In this document: positions 20,105 through 29,745 of the stretch, piece after piece
Layout: the number at the start of each line of letters is the position of its first letter
How positions within the stretch are numbered: the stretch's first letter is position 1
Position numbers and translations under genes: made by a program
The notes under the pieces: model-generated
What the model was told of the DNA's origin: nothing
Database searches by the model: none
Seen by the model: the letters and a program-made list of their open reading frames with translations, nothing else
DNA from: Desulfatiglandales bacterium
Lineage (GTDB): Bacteria; Desulfobacterota; DSM-4660; Desulfatiglandales; HGW-15
Assembly (NCBI GenBank): GCA_963667015.2
Contig: CAXXJJ010000001.1
Coordinates: forward strand, 1,184,001 to 1,248,000
Direction of reading: 5' to 3'
Length of the DNA: 64,000 nt

Positions 20105-20722
20105 ATGGAATTTTATGATGTAATTGGTAAAAGAAGGACAGTTAGAGAATTTTCTTCTCAATCTGTGCCAGAAGATAAAATTCTCAAAATACTCGAGGCT
20201 GGAATAGAAGCTCCTACATATAATCATCTTCGGGAATGGGATTTCATTTTTATCAACAAAGAATCAGTAAGATTCAATATTATTGAAGCAGAGAGAATTC
20301 CAGACAGTTATCAGATGGAAGAACTTAAAAAATCATTTGAAGGATATGATGCGGATGCAAAAGAAATGTATGTTGATGCTCTTTCCAGACAGAAAAGGAT
20401 GATTCTGACTGCCCCCGAAGTATTGATTGTTGTGTATAAACCAAAAACACAAATTGCCGAAAGTAAGAGTGTATACGATCTTAACTGTCTCGCCTCAATC
20501 TGGTGTTGTATTGAGAATATACTGCTGGCAATGGCAGAAGAAGATTTATTTGGAGTTACTTATGTGCCCCAGGATACAGATAAATTAAAAACAATCTTGG
20601 GGATACCACCTGAGCTTGAGATTGCATCGATAATACCTTTTGGATATAAGTCGGATAGCGCAAGGATATTAAAACAAAAGGAAATTACTTTGCATGATAA
20701 GATTCATTACAATGGATGGTAA
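20105..20722 (+). CDS. Nitroreductase family protein
   Basis: RRTVREF, APTYNHLREW, IENILLA, IPFGY. Confidence 0.88.
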   Translation: MEFYDVIGKRRTVREFSSQSVPEDKILKILEAGIEAPTYNHLREWDFIFINKESVRFNIIEAERIPDSYQMEELKKSFEGYDADAKEMYVDALSRQKRMILTAPEVLIVVYKPKTQIAESKSVYDLNCLASIWCCIENILLAMAEEDLFGVTYVPQDTDKLKTILGIPPELEIASIIPFGYKSDSARILKQKEITLHDKIHYNGW

Positions 20723-20726
20723 GAGT

Positions 20727-21021
20727 TTGAACAATATTGAAATTGAAAAAGCAGGTTTAAATGCATGGCCTGCATTTGAGCAGTTGGATGACAACGGATG
20801 GATATTTCGGCATATTCGATATTGTGACGCACCCTCATCATCGAAATAAAGGTTACGGGTATGAACTCATAAACGGCATGCTGCACTGGGCTGCACAAAA
20901 TCATGCTGATGCAGCCTATGTGCAGGTAGTAACCGGAAACACTCCGGCCAGAGGACTGTATAAGAAGCTTGGATTTGATCTGTTGTACGAATACAAATAT
21001 AAGGTTCAGAAATTCACCTGA
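20727..21021 (+). pseudogene. GNAT acetyltransferase pseudogene with an internal deletion
   Basis: N-terminal frame IEKAGLNAWPAFEQLDDNGWIFR joined out of frame to C-terminal DGYFGIFDIVTHPHHRNKGYG...LYKKLGF. Confidence 0.7.
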
Positions 21022-21042
21022 TATTTTTCATTAAGAGGGAAC

Positions 21043-21981
21043 ATGGATAATGAAATACATGCCGTTACAGGCGCCTTTGGCTACTCCGGGAAATACATTG
21101 CCAAAAAGCTGATTGATGAAGGTCATAGAGTTATTACACTCACAAATTCACCGGGGCGTAAAAATCCCTTTGGCGATAAAATACAGGTTTACCCCTTTAA
21201 TTTTGATGACTCGTCAAGTCTTGTAGAAATACTAAAGGGTGTTTCCGTGCTCTATAATACCTACTGGGTCCGGTTTAATCATAAAACATTTACTCATGCT
21301 GATGCGGTGCGAAATACCGGGATAATGTTTGATGCCGCAAAAAGGGCAGGGGTAAAAAGGGTAGTCCATGTCAGCATTACAAATCCCTCCCTGGATTCCC
21401 CTCTTGAATATTTTAGCGGCAAGGCGCGCCTGGAAAAATCTTTGATTGAAAGCGGAGTTTCCTATGCCATTTTGAGACCTACAGTTCTATTTGGCAAAGA
21501 GGACATACTGATCAACAATATCGCATGGGGCCTGCGTCATCTTTCGGTATTTGGCGTTTTTGGAGATGGAGAATATAAAATGCAGCCCATTTATGTTGAT
21601 GACCTTGCAGACTTAGCCGTTAAACATGGAAGGGATGATAAAAATCTTATAATAGATGCAATAGGACCAGAAACTTTCACCTACCGAGAACTTGTAAGGA
21701 CTATCGGTGAAATAATCGGCAAACATCGCCCTGTTGTCAAGGTTCCGCCCTTTATCGGTTATATTGCCGGATGGATCATCGGCAGGATTGTAGATGATGT
21801 AATGATAACAAGAGAGGAGATTGAAGGTTTAATGGCAAATCTTTTATGCGTCGACTCTTCTCCAGCGGGCAGTACAAAACTTACAGAGTGGGCAAAAAAG
21901 CATGCTGATACACTGGGGCGGAATTATACAAGCGAGCTTGCAAGAAGAAAAGACAGGGAAACTGAGTATAAAAGTAATTAG
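21043..21981 (+). CDS. Atypical SDR NAD(P)H-binding protein (NDUFA9-like)
   Basis: VTGAFGYSG, ILRPTVLFG, QPIYVDDLA, GPETFTY. Confidence 0.88.
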   Translation: MDNEIHAVTGAFGYSGKYIAKKLIDEGHRVITLTNSPGRKNPFGDKIQVYPFNFDDSSSLVEILKGVSVLYNTYWVRFNHKTFTHADAVRNTGIMFDAAKRAGVKRVVHVSITNPSLDSPLEYFSGKARLEKSLIESGVSYAILRPTVLFGKEDILINNIAWGLRHLSVFGVFGDGEYKMQPIYVDDLADLAVKHGRDDKNLIIDAIGPETFTYRELVRTIGEIIGKHRPVVKVPPFIGYIAGWIIGRIVDDVMITREEIEGLMANLLCVDSSPAGSTKLTEWAKKHADTLGRNYTSELARRKDRETEYKSN

Positions 21982-21998
21982 ATCTAGAGAAAGAAAAA

Positions 21999-22664
21999 AT
22001 GTCTGAAACACATGAGGAAATGAAATCTTTCTTCGATACAAGGGCTGAAGAATATGATGAACATATGGCCTCTATCCTGGAGGAGTATGAAAAATTCTAC
22101 GGCCATATCGCTTTTCCTTTTAGAGACACGGATGAGTCGTTAGAAGTCCTGGACCTGGGTGCAGGTACGGGGCTGGAACTGGAATTTATCTTTGCCAAAG
22201 CTCCAAATTCCCGGATAACCGCTGTTGATCTATCGGAGGAGATGTTGAAAAAACTGGCAGCCAGGTATGAAAAATACAGGTCACAAATAAAGACAATTGC
22301 CTATTCTTATCTCTCAATGGAATTGATGCCCGATTCTTTCGACTATATTGTGACTGTTATGTCATTTCATCACCTGATGCCGGAAAAAAAGATTGCCCTT
22401 TATAAAAAGATAAAAAATGCCCTTAAGCCCGGAGGCATGTTTGTGGAAGGGGACTATATTGTTTCACCGCAGGAAGAAAAACAACTGTTAGAGGAATTCC
22501 TGGAGATCAAGAAAGGCAATCCAATGCTGGAGGATGGGCAGTACCATATTGATATCCCTTTCAGTGAGGAAACACAGATCAGGGTATTGAAAGAGGCGGG
22601 ATTCAGGGACATAAATGTGATATTCCGCACGTCAAAATCAAATGTGATTGTTGCGAAGACCTGA
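21999..22664 (+). CDS. Class I SAM-dependent methyltransferase
   Basis: VLDLGAGTG, SFHH, LKPGG. Confidence 0.88.
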   Translation: MSETHEEMKSFFDTRAEEYDEHMASILEEYEKFYGHIAFPFRDTDESLEVLDLGAGTGLELEFIFAKAPNSRITAVDLSEEMLKKLAARYEKYRSQIKTIAYSYLSMELMPDSFDYIVTVMSFHHLMPEKKIALYKKIKNALKPGGMFVEGDYIVSPQEEKQLLEEFLEIKKGNPMLEDGQYHIDIPFSEETQIRVLKEAGFRDINVIFRTSKSNVIVAKT

Positions 22665-22677
22665 AAGAGAGTTGAAG

Positions 22678-23691
22678 ATGGAATATAGAGTCAACATAGA
22701 TGAGGCAAATGAAACAAAATCGGGCTTTTCAAAGATTATAGACGGGAAAGATGACCGACTGAAAAACCGTGTCGGGGCCTTTGCCTCTCTTTTTAAACTG
22801 AATGTAAAGAATTATACCGATCCGCTGCTTGTCTTAAAAACCGAGGAGCCGGTCACAAAACAGATACTTGCTTTCAGGTACGATAAAATAGAATCGGTAT
22901 GTTATGACATGATCAATCACCTTATAAATGACTGTGTTGTCATGGGTGCCATTCCCCTCGCAGTCCAGGATCTAGTGGTCTGCGGAAAGCTGGAGAAAGA
23001 GGCTGTTACCCGGATAGTTTCGGCGATTTCGAAAATATGCCAGGAGAACGAGTGTGTCCTGACCGGTGGTGAAACAACCGAACAGCCGGACATACTGCCT
23101 CCCGAGACCTATATCCTGGGATCGAGCATTATCGGTATTGTGGATTCGGACAAAGTGATAGACGGGTCTAAGATACAGCCCGGAGATGCAGTTATAGCGA
23201 TTGGGTCCTCTGGCCCTCATACAAACGGATATACCCTTATAAGGGATCTATTATCCAGGTATCCTGAACTGGCTGACAGGCAGCTTGAAGATAAAACCTT
23301 TCTTGAGGCAGTGCTTGAACCCCATCGCTGTTATTATAAATCAATTAAAAAACTGTTTGACGGCAAGGCCGTGGGTTTTGCCCATATTACGGGCGGAGGA
23401 ATTAAGGAAAACCTTAACAGGATTCTCCCTTCAACCGTTGACGCGGTTATTGACCTTGGCTGCTATCAGCCGCAGCAGGTCTTCGGTGTAATTAAAGAGG
23501 TTGGAAATGTATCTCATGAAGATATGCTCCGGACCTTTAACCTGGGTGTAGGCCTGGCAGTTGTCTGCAGGGCGGAAAATTCGGAAGATGTCCTTAAGCT
23601 GCTTCATGAATCCGGTGAACATGCATACAGGATTGGGGAGATTGTTGAGGGGGCTGGCAGGGTCAGGTGTATTAACAGTGTGAATTTTTGA
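22678..23691 (+). CDS. purM: Divergent PurM (AIR synthetase)-family protein
   Basis: NDCVVMGAIP, GGETTEQP, SSGPHTNGY, HITGGG, TFNLGVG; the DGVGTK motif is replaced by EEPVTK. Confidence 0.8.
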   Translation: MEYRVNIDEANETKSGFSKIIDGKDDRLKNRVGAFASLFKLNVKNYTDPLLVLKTEEPVTKQILAFRYDKIESVCYDMINHLINDCVVMGAIPLAVQDLVVCGKLEKEAVTRIVSAISKICQENECVLTGGETTEQPDILPPETYILGSSIIGIVDSDKVIDGSKIQPGDAVIAIGSSGPHTNGYTLIRDLLSRYPELADRQLEDKTFLEAVLEPHRCYYKSIKKLFDGKAVGFAHITGGGIKENLNRILPSTVDAVIDLGCYQPQQVFGVIKEVGNVSHEDMLRTFNLGVGLAVVCRAENSEDVLKLLHESGEHAYRIGEIVEGAGRVRCINSVNF

Positions 23692-23702
23692 AAACCTAAT
23701 AT

Positions 23703-23890
23703 ATATCGCTGCACGAATTCATATCAACATTCGGATATGCTGCAATAGGGATTGGCACTTTTTTCGAGGGTGAGACAATTCTTGTTCTGGGGAGTTTTGC
23801 AGCTCATCGTGGCTACCTGCAGTTGCCCCTGGTGATTTTTTATGCATTTGCAGGGACCTTTATTGGCGATCAGTTATATTTTTTTATCGC
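23703..23890 (+). pseudogene. DedA-family N-terminal relic
   Basis: FGYAAIGIGTFFEGETILVLGSFAAHRGYLQLPLVIFYAFAGTFIGDQLYFF; start codon is ATA and the frame is truncated at a hairpin. Confidence 0.75.
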
Positions 23891-23917
23891 CCGGGGTAGA
23901 ATTTTCAACCCCGGGCG
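23888..23917. terminator. GC-rich stem-loop between convergent genes
   Basis: CGCCCGGGGT / ACCCCGGGCG perfect 10-bp stem. Confidence 0.55.
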
Positions 23918-23981
23918 GTTTAGTCGCGGCTTTTTTTGCCGCCGGTTATCTGATCCCTTTACGAATTAAAGCTCGATTACT

Positions 23982-25409
23982 CTAGAGAGCCCCTCCGCTG
24001 TATATGGATTCGCGCAGGGTTATTATCCATTCGCCGTCCTCCATTTGTTGAAGAACCTCATATCCTTCGGAAAATCCGGAGATAGCAAGAAGAGCCTCAT
24101 CAGTAATATCCATTGAGCCCAGGTATACGGATATAAAAGACCGATCGGTTTCAATATCAGCGGGTATAGACCAGTTGCTCTGCCATCCTTCGGCTGAGGA
24201 GATATCAGGCAGAAAGAATGAGGTGCCTGTCTGCCTTGAAGCGGTTATAAAACTCTGAGCACGGTATTGAATACCGGCGATGCTTCCGTCGAAGTATACT
24301 GAATAACCTATTGAAGTTACATCTTCAAATTCAGGAATGTCCATACCGGGCAGCAGGTTGCCGTTACTTATATCATCTGTAAAAGTCAGGTCGAAGTCAT
24401 CCACAGGAAGACTAATATCTTTGTCCCCTTCGTTCAAAAAGGTCTCTAAATAAGTGAGCTCACGATACTCATCCGGTTCAAAATCGATATTCAGCATATA
24501 AGTATTATTATCTGCAAGGAGAGTTCCCAGTGCGGTATATTCAAAATTCGTATCATTGTCGTCCTTGTCCCCAAGCTCGACAAATGTGCTGTTTGATGTT
24601 AACAGGTCTACATTCCCCTCATAAAGAGTGCTGTCCAGAGGGGCTCCGCTTTCGTGATCCCTGACTGTAACTGTATAGGGCCCTGCAAGGACTGTACTGC
24701 CTGCTAAATCCGATGTGGTTATATCCTGTACAAGGGAATCGCCGTCATCAATTGCCAGGTCAGGGCGGGCAAGAAGAGTTGAAGGATAGTTATTCAAAAT
24801 GTCATTATCCTCTTCCGTCTGGGTAAGGATAAGATCATAATTTCCCGATTCCAGATTGGGATAGGTAATAGAAATTCCATTAAAATTCCAGTCACTCTCA
24901 TCACGCAGATGAATGCCGATATCTGAACCAGCAATATCCGGCTCGCCCACATTGACCGTCAGTGATGCTGTACCATCATCCAACGCTAAAGTATCGCTGA
25001 AATCAATTTGAGGAATTTCTGCAGTGGTTGTCTCAAGAGTGTATAAGTACACCTCCTGGTCCTCAGCATAAACACGGATCATGGCAACTCCGTAACGGCC
25101 GTCGCTGTCCGTGACCGTTGGAATGAATATACCTGTCGCCATAAACTCAGTATTATCCAGCAGGGTCCACTCACCGTCACCATCCTGAAAGAATATTTCA
25201 ACTGCGTCTGTCAGTGGCTCAACTTCTGATGTGTCTCCATTATCAGTATCCCCATTGGTAGTATCTCCATTGGCCGGAGAAGTAAGAGAATTAGAATCAC
25301 TGCATCCTGTTGTAAACAGGAAAAAGAGCGATAGAAAAATTATTGCATGAATTGCCGGTCCGAAATATTTTTTCTGGAAAATCCTTAAAAAAATTAATCT
25401 GTAATACAT
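23982..25409 (-). CDS. Acidic surface lipoprotein, hypothetical
   Basis: Hydrophobic stretch ending TTGC, NGDT repeats, very D/E/T-rich body. Confidence 0.7.
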   Translation of the reverse strand: MYYRLIFLRIFQKKYFGPAIHAIIFLSLFFLFTTGCSDSNSLTSPANGDTTNGDTDNGDTSEVEPLTDAVEIFFQDGDGEWTLLDNTEFMATGIFIPTVTDSDGRYGVAMIRVYAEDQEVYLYTLETTTAEIPQIDFSDTLALDDGTASLTVNVGEPDIAGSDIGIHLRDESDWNFNGISITYPNLESGNYDLILTQTEEDNDILNNYPSTLLARPDLAIDDGDSLVQDITTSDLAGSTVLAGPYTVTVRDHESGAPLDSTLYEGNVDLLTSNSTFVELGDKDDNDTNFEYTALGTLLADNNTYMLNIDFEPDEYRELTYLETFLNEGDKDISLPVDDFDLTFTDDISNGNLLPGMDIPEFEDVTSIGYSVYFDGSIAGIQYRAQSFITASRQTGTSFFLPDISSAEGWQSNWSIPADIETDRSFISVYLGSMDITDEALLAISGFSEGYEVLQQMEDGEWIITLRESIYSGGAL

Positions 25410-25942
25410 AATATCCCTTCCTCTAATAAAAAATGATTATCGATATTCAGCATCAAAAAGTAACTAAAAAGAGTATCTAAATGAATTTTCATCTTATAAA
25501 AGATTTTTATATATCGAAATTTTGCTGTTTTTTCAGTGTATCGGCTGATTTACCTGAATTCTTAAAAATAAATATGGATTTATTGCCTATCTATTCGGTT
25601 TTAATGAGGATAGTTTAAACCAGGAATTAGAGGGATTGTTATGATAAATTATTTAATGTAAGAGATATTTTGTAGGTGTTTTGGTTTTAAAGTTATACTA
25701 TAACCGAAAAATTATCTGACCTGAGTTTTAGAATTTTAATACGAATATGAATATTTTTGACAATTCTGACATGAACTCAGGTGAAGTTCATGTTAAAAAG
25801 TCAGGGTTGCCATTTCGGAATATACTATGAGCCAGTCTCTTGGTCTTGTTTCACTTGTTGTGAAGGATTATGATGAAGCTCCTGATTGTTGCGTTTTAAA
25901 GACAGCAATGAAAATAATCTTCATTTTAAACAGGAAAATCCG

Positions 25943-26590
25943 ATGCACCTTGTAATGTTCGATGTGGACGGCACCCTGGTGGACTCAACAGGTTTTGATG
26001 AAGCCTGTTTTTTAAAAGCTGCAGAGCTTATGTTCGGTATAAAAATTTTGCCCGACTGGGATTCCTATAAATATGCAACGGACATAGGTATCCTGACTGA
26101 AGTCATTGACAGGTACAGGATTCCCGGTGATAAAAATACACTGGTGCAAAAATTCAGGGAGATTTTTTTTGAACTGATTTCAGAACATATTAACCATAAT
26201 CCCTGCAGTATAAGGGAAATAACAGGGGCTGCCAGCTTTTTAAGTGATCTTTCAGAAAGGGATAACTGCAGCGTCGCGATAGCCACAGGGGGGTGGGGAG
26301 AAACAGCAAAGCTCAAACTCAAAGCCGCTGGTATTGATATTTCCGGCTTTACTTTTTCCTCTTCATCTGATCACTATTCAAGAGAAGGCATCATGAAGGC
26401 GGCCGAGTCAGAGGCCTCCGGGGGTGTCCAGTTCGAATCAAGAATCTATTTCGGAGATGCCCTGTGGGATAAAAAGGCCTGTGAAAACCTGGACTACCGG
26501 TTTATACTTGTGGGCGACCGGTTTGAATACAGGGAGTCTATCCAGGATTATTCCCATAAGGATGATATAATCAAGATGCTGGGGATATAG
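25943..26590 (+). CDS. HAD-family hydrolase
   Basis: FDVDGTL, IATGG, YFGDALWD. Confidence 0.88.
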   Translation: MHLVMFDVDGTLVDSTGFDEACFLKAAELMFGIKILPDWDSYKYATDIGILTEVIDRYRIPGDKNTLVQKFREIFFELISEHINHNPCSIREITGAASFLSDLSERDNCSVAIATGGWGETAKLKLKAAGIDISGFTFSSSSDHYSREGIMKAAESEASGGVQFESRIYFGDALWDKKACENLDYRFILVGDRFEYRESIQDYSHKDDIIKMLGI

Positions 26591-26599
26591 AGAAAAACT

Positions 26600-27520
26600 A
26601 TGAAAGATAATTGTGAACCGGAAATCAATCCTCAAAATGTTGCCCAGATCCAAAAGGTTACCTGGGGAGGTATGATAGTAAACATACTCCTGGCAGGAAT
26701 AAAACTCCTGGTCGGAATTATGGGTTCAAGCCAGGCGGTTGTGGCAGATGCAGTACATAGCCTGTCTGATATGACAACCGATATTGCGGTGCTGTTTGGT
26801 GTTAAATTCTGGTCTGCCCCGCCGGACAGCAGCCACCCCTATGGCCATCAGAGAATAGAGGAACTGGTGACTGTTGCCATCGGCCTGGTGCTTGGGGCTG
26901 TTGCCATAGGCCTTGCCTATAATTCAGTTACCACAATACATCAAAAACACATGAAGACCATTGGCTGGGTGGCCCTGTCAGGACCGGTTTTATCAATCAT
27001 CGGTAAAGAGATCCTCTACCGCTGGACTGTTCATGTGGGAGAAAGGGTTAAATCATCGGCTGTTATTGCAAATGCATGGCATCACAGGTCCGATGCCCTG
27101 AGCTCCATACCTGCCCTGGTTGCGGTTGTGATTGCAGCGCTCTATCCGGACTGGGGATTTGTGGATCATATCGGAGCAGTATTAATTGCCTGCTTTATCC
27201 TCAAGGTATCATGGGATATTATCATCCCCGCAGTTAAGGGGTTGATTGATACCGGGGCATCTGTCAGGACCCAGGCGCTTATCAGGATGCTGGCAACAGG
27301 CGTAAATGGCGTAAAGAGCGTCCATGCAATCAGAACGCGAAAATTCGGATCACACCTTTATATTGACCTCCATATCCTGGTTGAACCTGAACTCACTGTG
27401 CGCACCGGGCATAAGATATCCGAGGATGTCAAGGAACAGCTCCTCAACAACGGCCCGGAGGTCATGGATGTTGTTGTACACCTCGAACCCTTTGATGACG
27501 AAAACAGACGTGTTGAGTAA
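26600..27520 (+). CDS. Cation diffusion facilitator (FieF-like) transporter
   Basis: ADAVHSLSD, HPYGH, NAWHHRSD, VHLEP. Confidence 0.92.
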   Translation: MKDNCEPEINPQNVAQIQKVTWGGMIVNILLAGIKLLVGIMGSSQAVVADAVHSLSDMTTDIAVLFGVKFWSAPPDSSHPYGHQRIEELVTVAIGLVLGAVAIGLAYNSVTTIHQKHMKTIGWVALSGPVLSIIGKEILYRWTVHVGERVKSSAVIANAWHHRSDALSSIPALVAVVIAALYPDWGFVDHIGAVLIACFILKVSWDIIIPAVKGLIDTGASVRTQALIRMLATGVNGVKSVHAIRTRKFGSHLYIDLHILVEPELTVRTGHKISEDVKEQLLNNGPEVMDVVVHLEPFDDENRRVE

Positions 27521-27527
27521 CTAAAGA

Positions 27528-28211
27528 TCACTCAAACAGGTAGCATGGAAACCGGTCTTCGGGAACCAGCGGTTTCTTCTTCCTTTTAAGCGCCTTCATA
27601 AGCCTTACGAAATTGGGAAGGGTCTCATTGACTATAAGTACCGGGCTGCCTGCTCTTTCAATAAAGCTTTTCATTGCCCTCATGGTTTCACTTGTATAGA
27701 CACAGAAACATGCAACAGCCAGGTCAACATCCGGTATATCCATTGATCCGTAGCTTCCGGGCAAAGTTTCAAAGTTGTTTATGTTGTTCTCCCTGAGCTG
27801 TCTGGCGCAGTAATCAAGGGCAACAGGCGCAAGATCATTGATATACAGTTTTTTAGCCATGCTGCCTATTACAACTGTTTCGGCACCGATCCCTGCACCC
27901 ACGATAAGGATATCCCTGTTCTCAAGAAGTTCAGGTATCTCATATAAAAAACCGCAGAACTCCTGAGTAAGCCCCCATCTCTGATCATAATATACGTCTA
28001 CCCCGGATTTTATCTCACCGAGTATGTCTTTCTCCACTCTGGGGTGATCAAGGTCGAGAAGTTTAAATTTATTGTTGTTAAAACTATGTGTTGTCCATAT
28101 AGATCGGGCATGATTATCTCCTCTACTCCATCTGTATAGATATTGTTTTCCACCCTGTAAAAAGCCCCGACACCCGAACCGTCTTACCAAAAAGGTTGTT
28201 GATTTTTTCAC
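27528..28211 (-). CDS. Putative SAM-dependent methyltransferase; start uncertain
   Basis: ILIVGAGIGAE, YINDL. Confidence 0.6.
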   Translation of the reverse strand: MKKSTTFLVRRFGCRGFLQGGKQYLYRWSRGDNHARSIWTTHSFNNNKFKLLDLDHPRVEKDILGEIKSGVDVYYDQRWGLTQEFCGFLYEIPELLENRDILIVGAGIGAETVVIGSMAKKLYINDLAPVALDYCARQLRENNINNFETLPGSYGSMDIPDVDLAVACFCVYTSETMRAMKSFIERAGSPVLIVNETLPNFVRLMKALKRKKKPLVPEDRFPCYLFE

Positions 28212-28267
28212 TTGAAAATCGTCAATTTAAACAGGGTGTTACTTTTTTTGAATCAGTAAAATGAATA

Positions 28268-28283
28268 TGGCATGGACTTTGCC
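28268..28283 (+). promoter_or_regulatory. sigma54 -24/-12 promoter
   Basis: TGGCATGGACTTTGCC = GG-N10-GC. Confidence 0.6.
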
Positions 28284-28294
28284 TTATAGTATTT

Positions 28295-28385
28295 CAATTA
28301 ACATCCGCTTGGAAGTGACGGATGTCTTCGGCTGGTGACCGGTGAAAACCCCATTAAGTATCCGGTTGCCGGCCGATTTTTTTTA
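28295..28385 (+). ncRNA. Putative sigma54-dependent small RNA
   Basis: Promoter, hairpin ACATCCG/CGGATGT, terminator stem TCGGCTGGTGACCGG/CCGGTTGCCGGCCGA plus T8; opposite strand to both flanking genes. Confidence 0.5.
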
Positions 28386-28402
28386 TATTCCTTTTCTGAA
28401 TG

Positions 28403-29213
28403 TTAATGGCGGGTTCTGTTTCTGATCATTGCAACGGTGGCAAATCTTCCTGTCACTCCTTCACCCCGGTATGAGTAGAAGATATCAGTTCTGCACTTTG
28501 TGCAGATGCCTGCCCTTTCGATATTATCAGCTGAAAGTCCGGCGTTGGTAAGCTGCATTTCGCTGATAGCCCAGAAGTCGAAATTAAATTCACCCTTCAT
28601 GTATTTCTGAAAGTGCTCGGGAAATATTTCCCTGTAGGTTGTGAATTCCGCACAGCAGTGCCCCAGAGAAGGGCCTATTGCCGCAATGATATTACCCGGA
28701 GAGCAACTGAAGTCCTGTTCCATTCTTTTTACTGTTTTACCGAGGATATTTTGTACGCTCCCCTTCCAGCCTGAGTGAACTACCGCAACAACCGGTTTCT
28801 TCCGGGTCAAACAGTATAACGCCCTGGCAGTCTGCCTGTTTCACCATGATGGCGACTGACGGAATATTAGTTATAAGTGCATCGGCATCAAATACCTTTT
28901 CGTGTCCTGCTTCTTTATTAGTCTCACTGAGGGATATGACCCTGCTGCCATGCTGCTGGTTCATGTGAATGAGCCTGTCAGCTCCGGTATTTTCAAGCAT
29001 AAGCGCAAGGTTCCGGTCAACACAGGAAGGATCGTCATTCACCGAATAGCTTATATTAAGGCTTTTATAGGGGTGATCACTGAATCCGCCGCTGCGGGTA
29101 TAGATCCTGTGGCACAGTGAGTTATATTTCAGCAGCCCGGAGAAGCAGTAATAAAATGGTTCTCCGGGTTTGGTTTCATCTGTTATTCGATTATTTTTAT
29201 TGAATGGCTGCAT
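28403..29213 (-). pseudogene. pgeF: PgeF/YfiH laccase-domain protein split by a frameshift near 28800
   Basis: TRSGG, QQHGS, DALIT, ADCQGVILFDP in one frame; VVAVVHSGWKG, IGPSLG, CT.C..FYSYR in another. Confidence 0.8.
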
Positions 29214-29452
29214 AGGAGATAGACGTATAGAATACTTGAGGGTCCGGGTAGATACCAAAACGACACAAACTGCCTTACTTACCGCTGCTTCCTTCCGGAC
29301 CTGACGGGGTTCATAAGCGTTTGTCACGCATGGTCCACCCGGACCCGCAAATATTCTAGGACATCATAAATCTTTTCTCGATCCCGGGCTATTAACCCCT
29401 TTTGACGGATTCGGGTGAAGGGTACCGCAAACTCCCCATTCAGCTGGACCAG
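29200..29452 (-). ncRNA. ffs: SRP RNA, large type with Alu domain (ends approximate)
   Basis: Minus strand GAACCCCGTCAGGTCCGGAAGGAAGCAGCGG (helix 8) closed by a long helix 5; 5' GGGGAGTTTGCGGTACCCTTCACCCGAATCCG resembles the Bacillus scRNA Alu domain. Confidence 0.9.
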
Positions 29453-29466
29453 GACTTTATCTTAGA

Positions 29467-29745
29467 TTAAGAGATATCGACTCTTTCTTTGAGTTCTTTG
29501 CCGACCTTAAAAAACGGGAGTTTTTTGGGTGCAACATTAATGATCTCACCTGTTTTAGGATTCCGGCCCTGATAGCCGTCATATTTCTTGATCTTAAAGC
29601 TGCCAAAACCTCTGATTTCTACCCGTTCTCCATTCGCGAGTGCCTTTTCCATGTCACCAAAGACCGTGTTGACCACTTCTTCGGCCTTTTTCAGCGCCAG
29701 GTTTTCCTCTTTAGCTAGGGCTTCAATAAGTTGTGACTTGTTCAT
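29467..29745 (-). CDS. ihfB: Integration host factor beta / HU family protein
   Basis: MNKSQLIE...RVEIRGFGSF...GRNPKTG...FFKVGKELKERV. Confidence 0.85.
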   Translation of the reverse strand: MNKSQLIEALAKEENLALKKAEEVVNTVFGDMEKALANGERVEIRGFGSFKIKKYDGYQGRNPKTGEIINVAPKKLPFFKVGKELKERVDIS

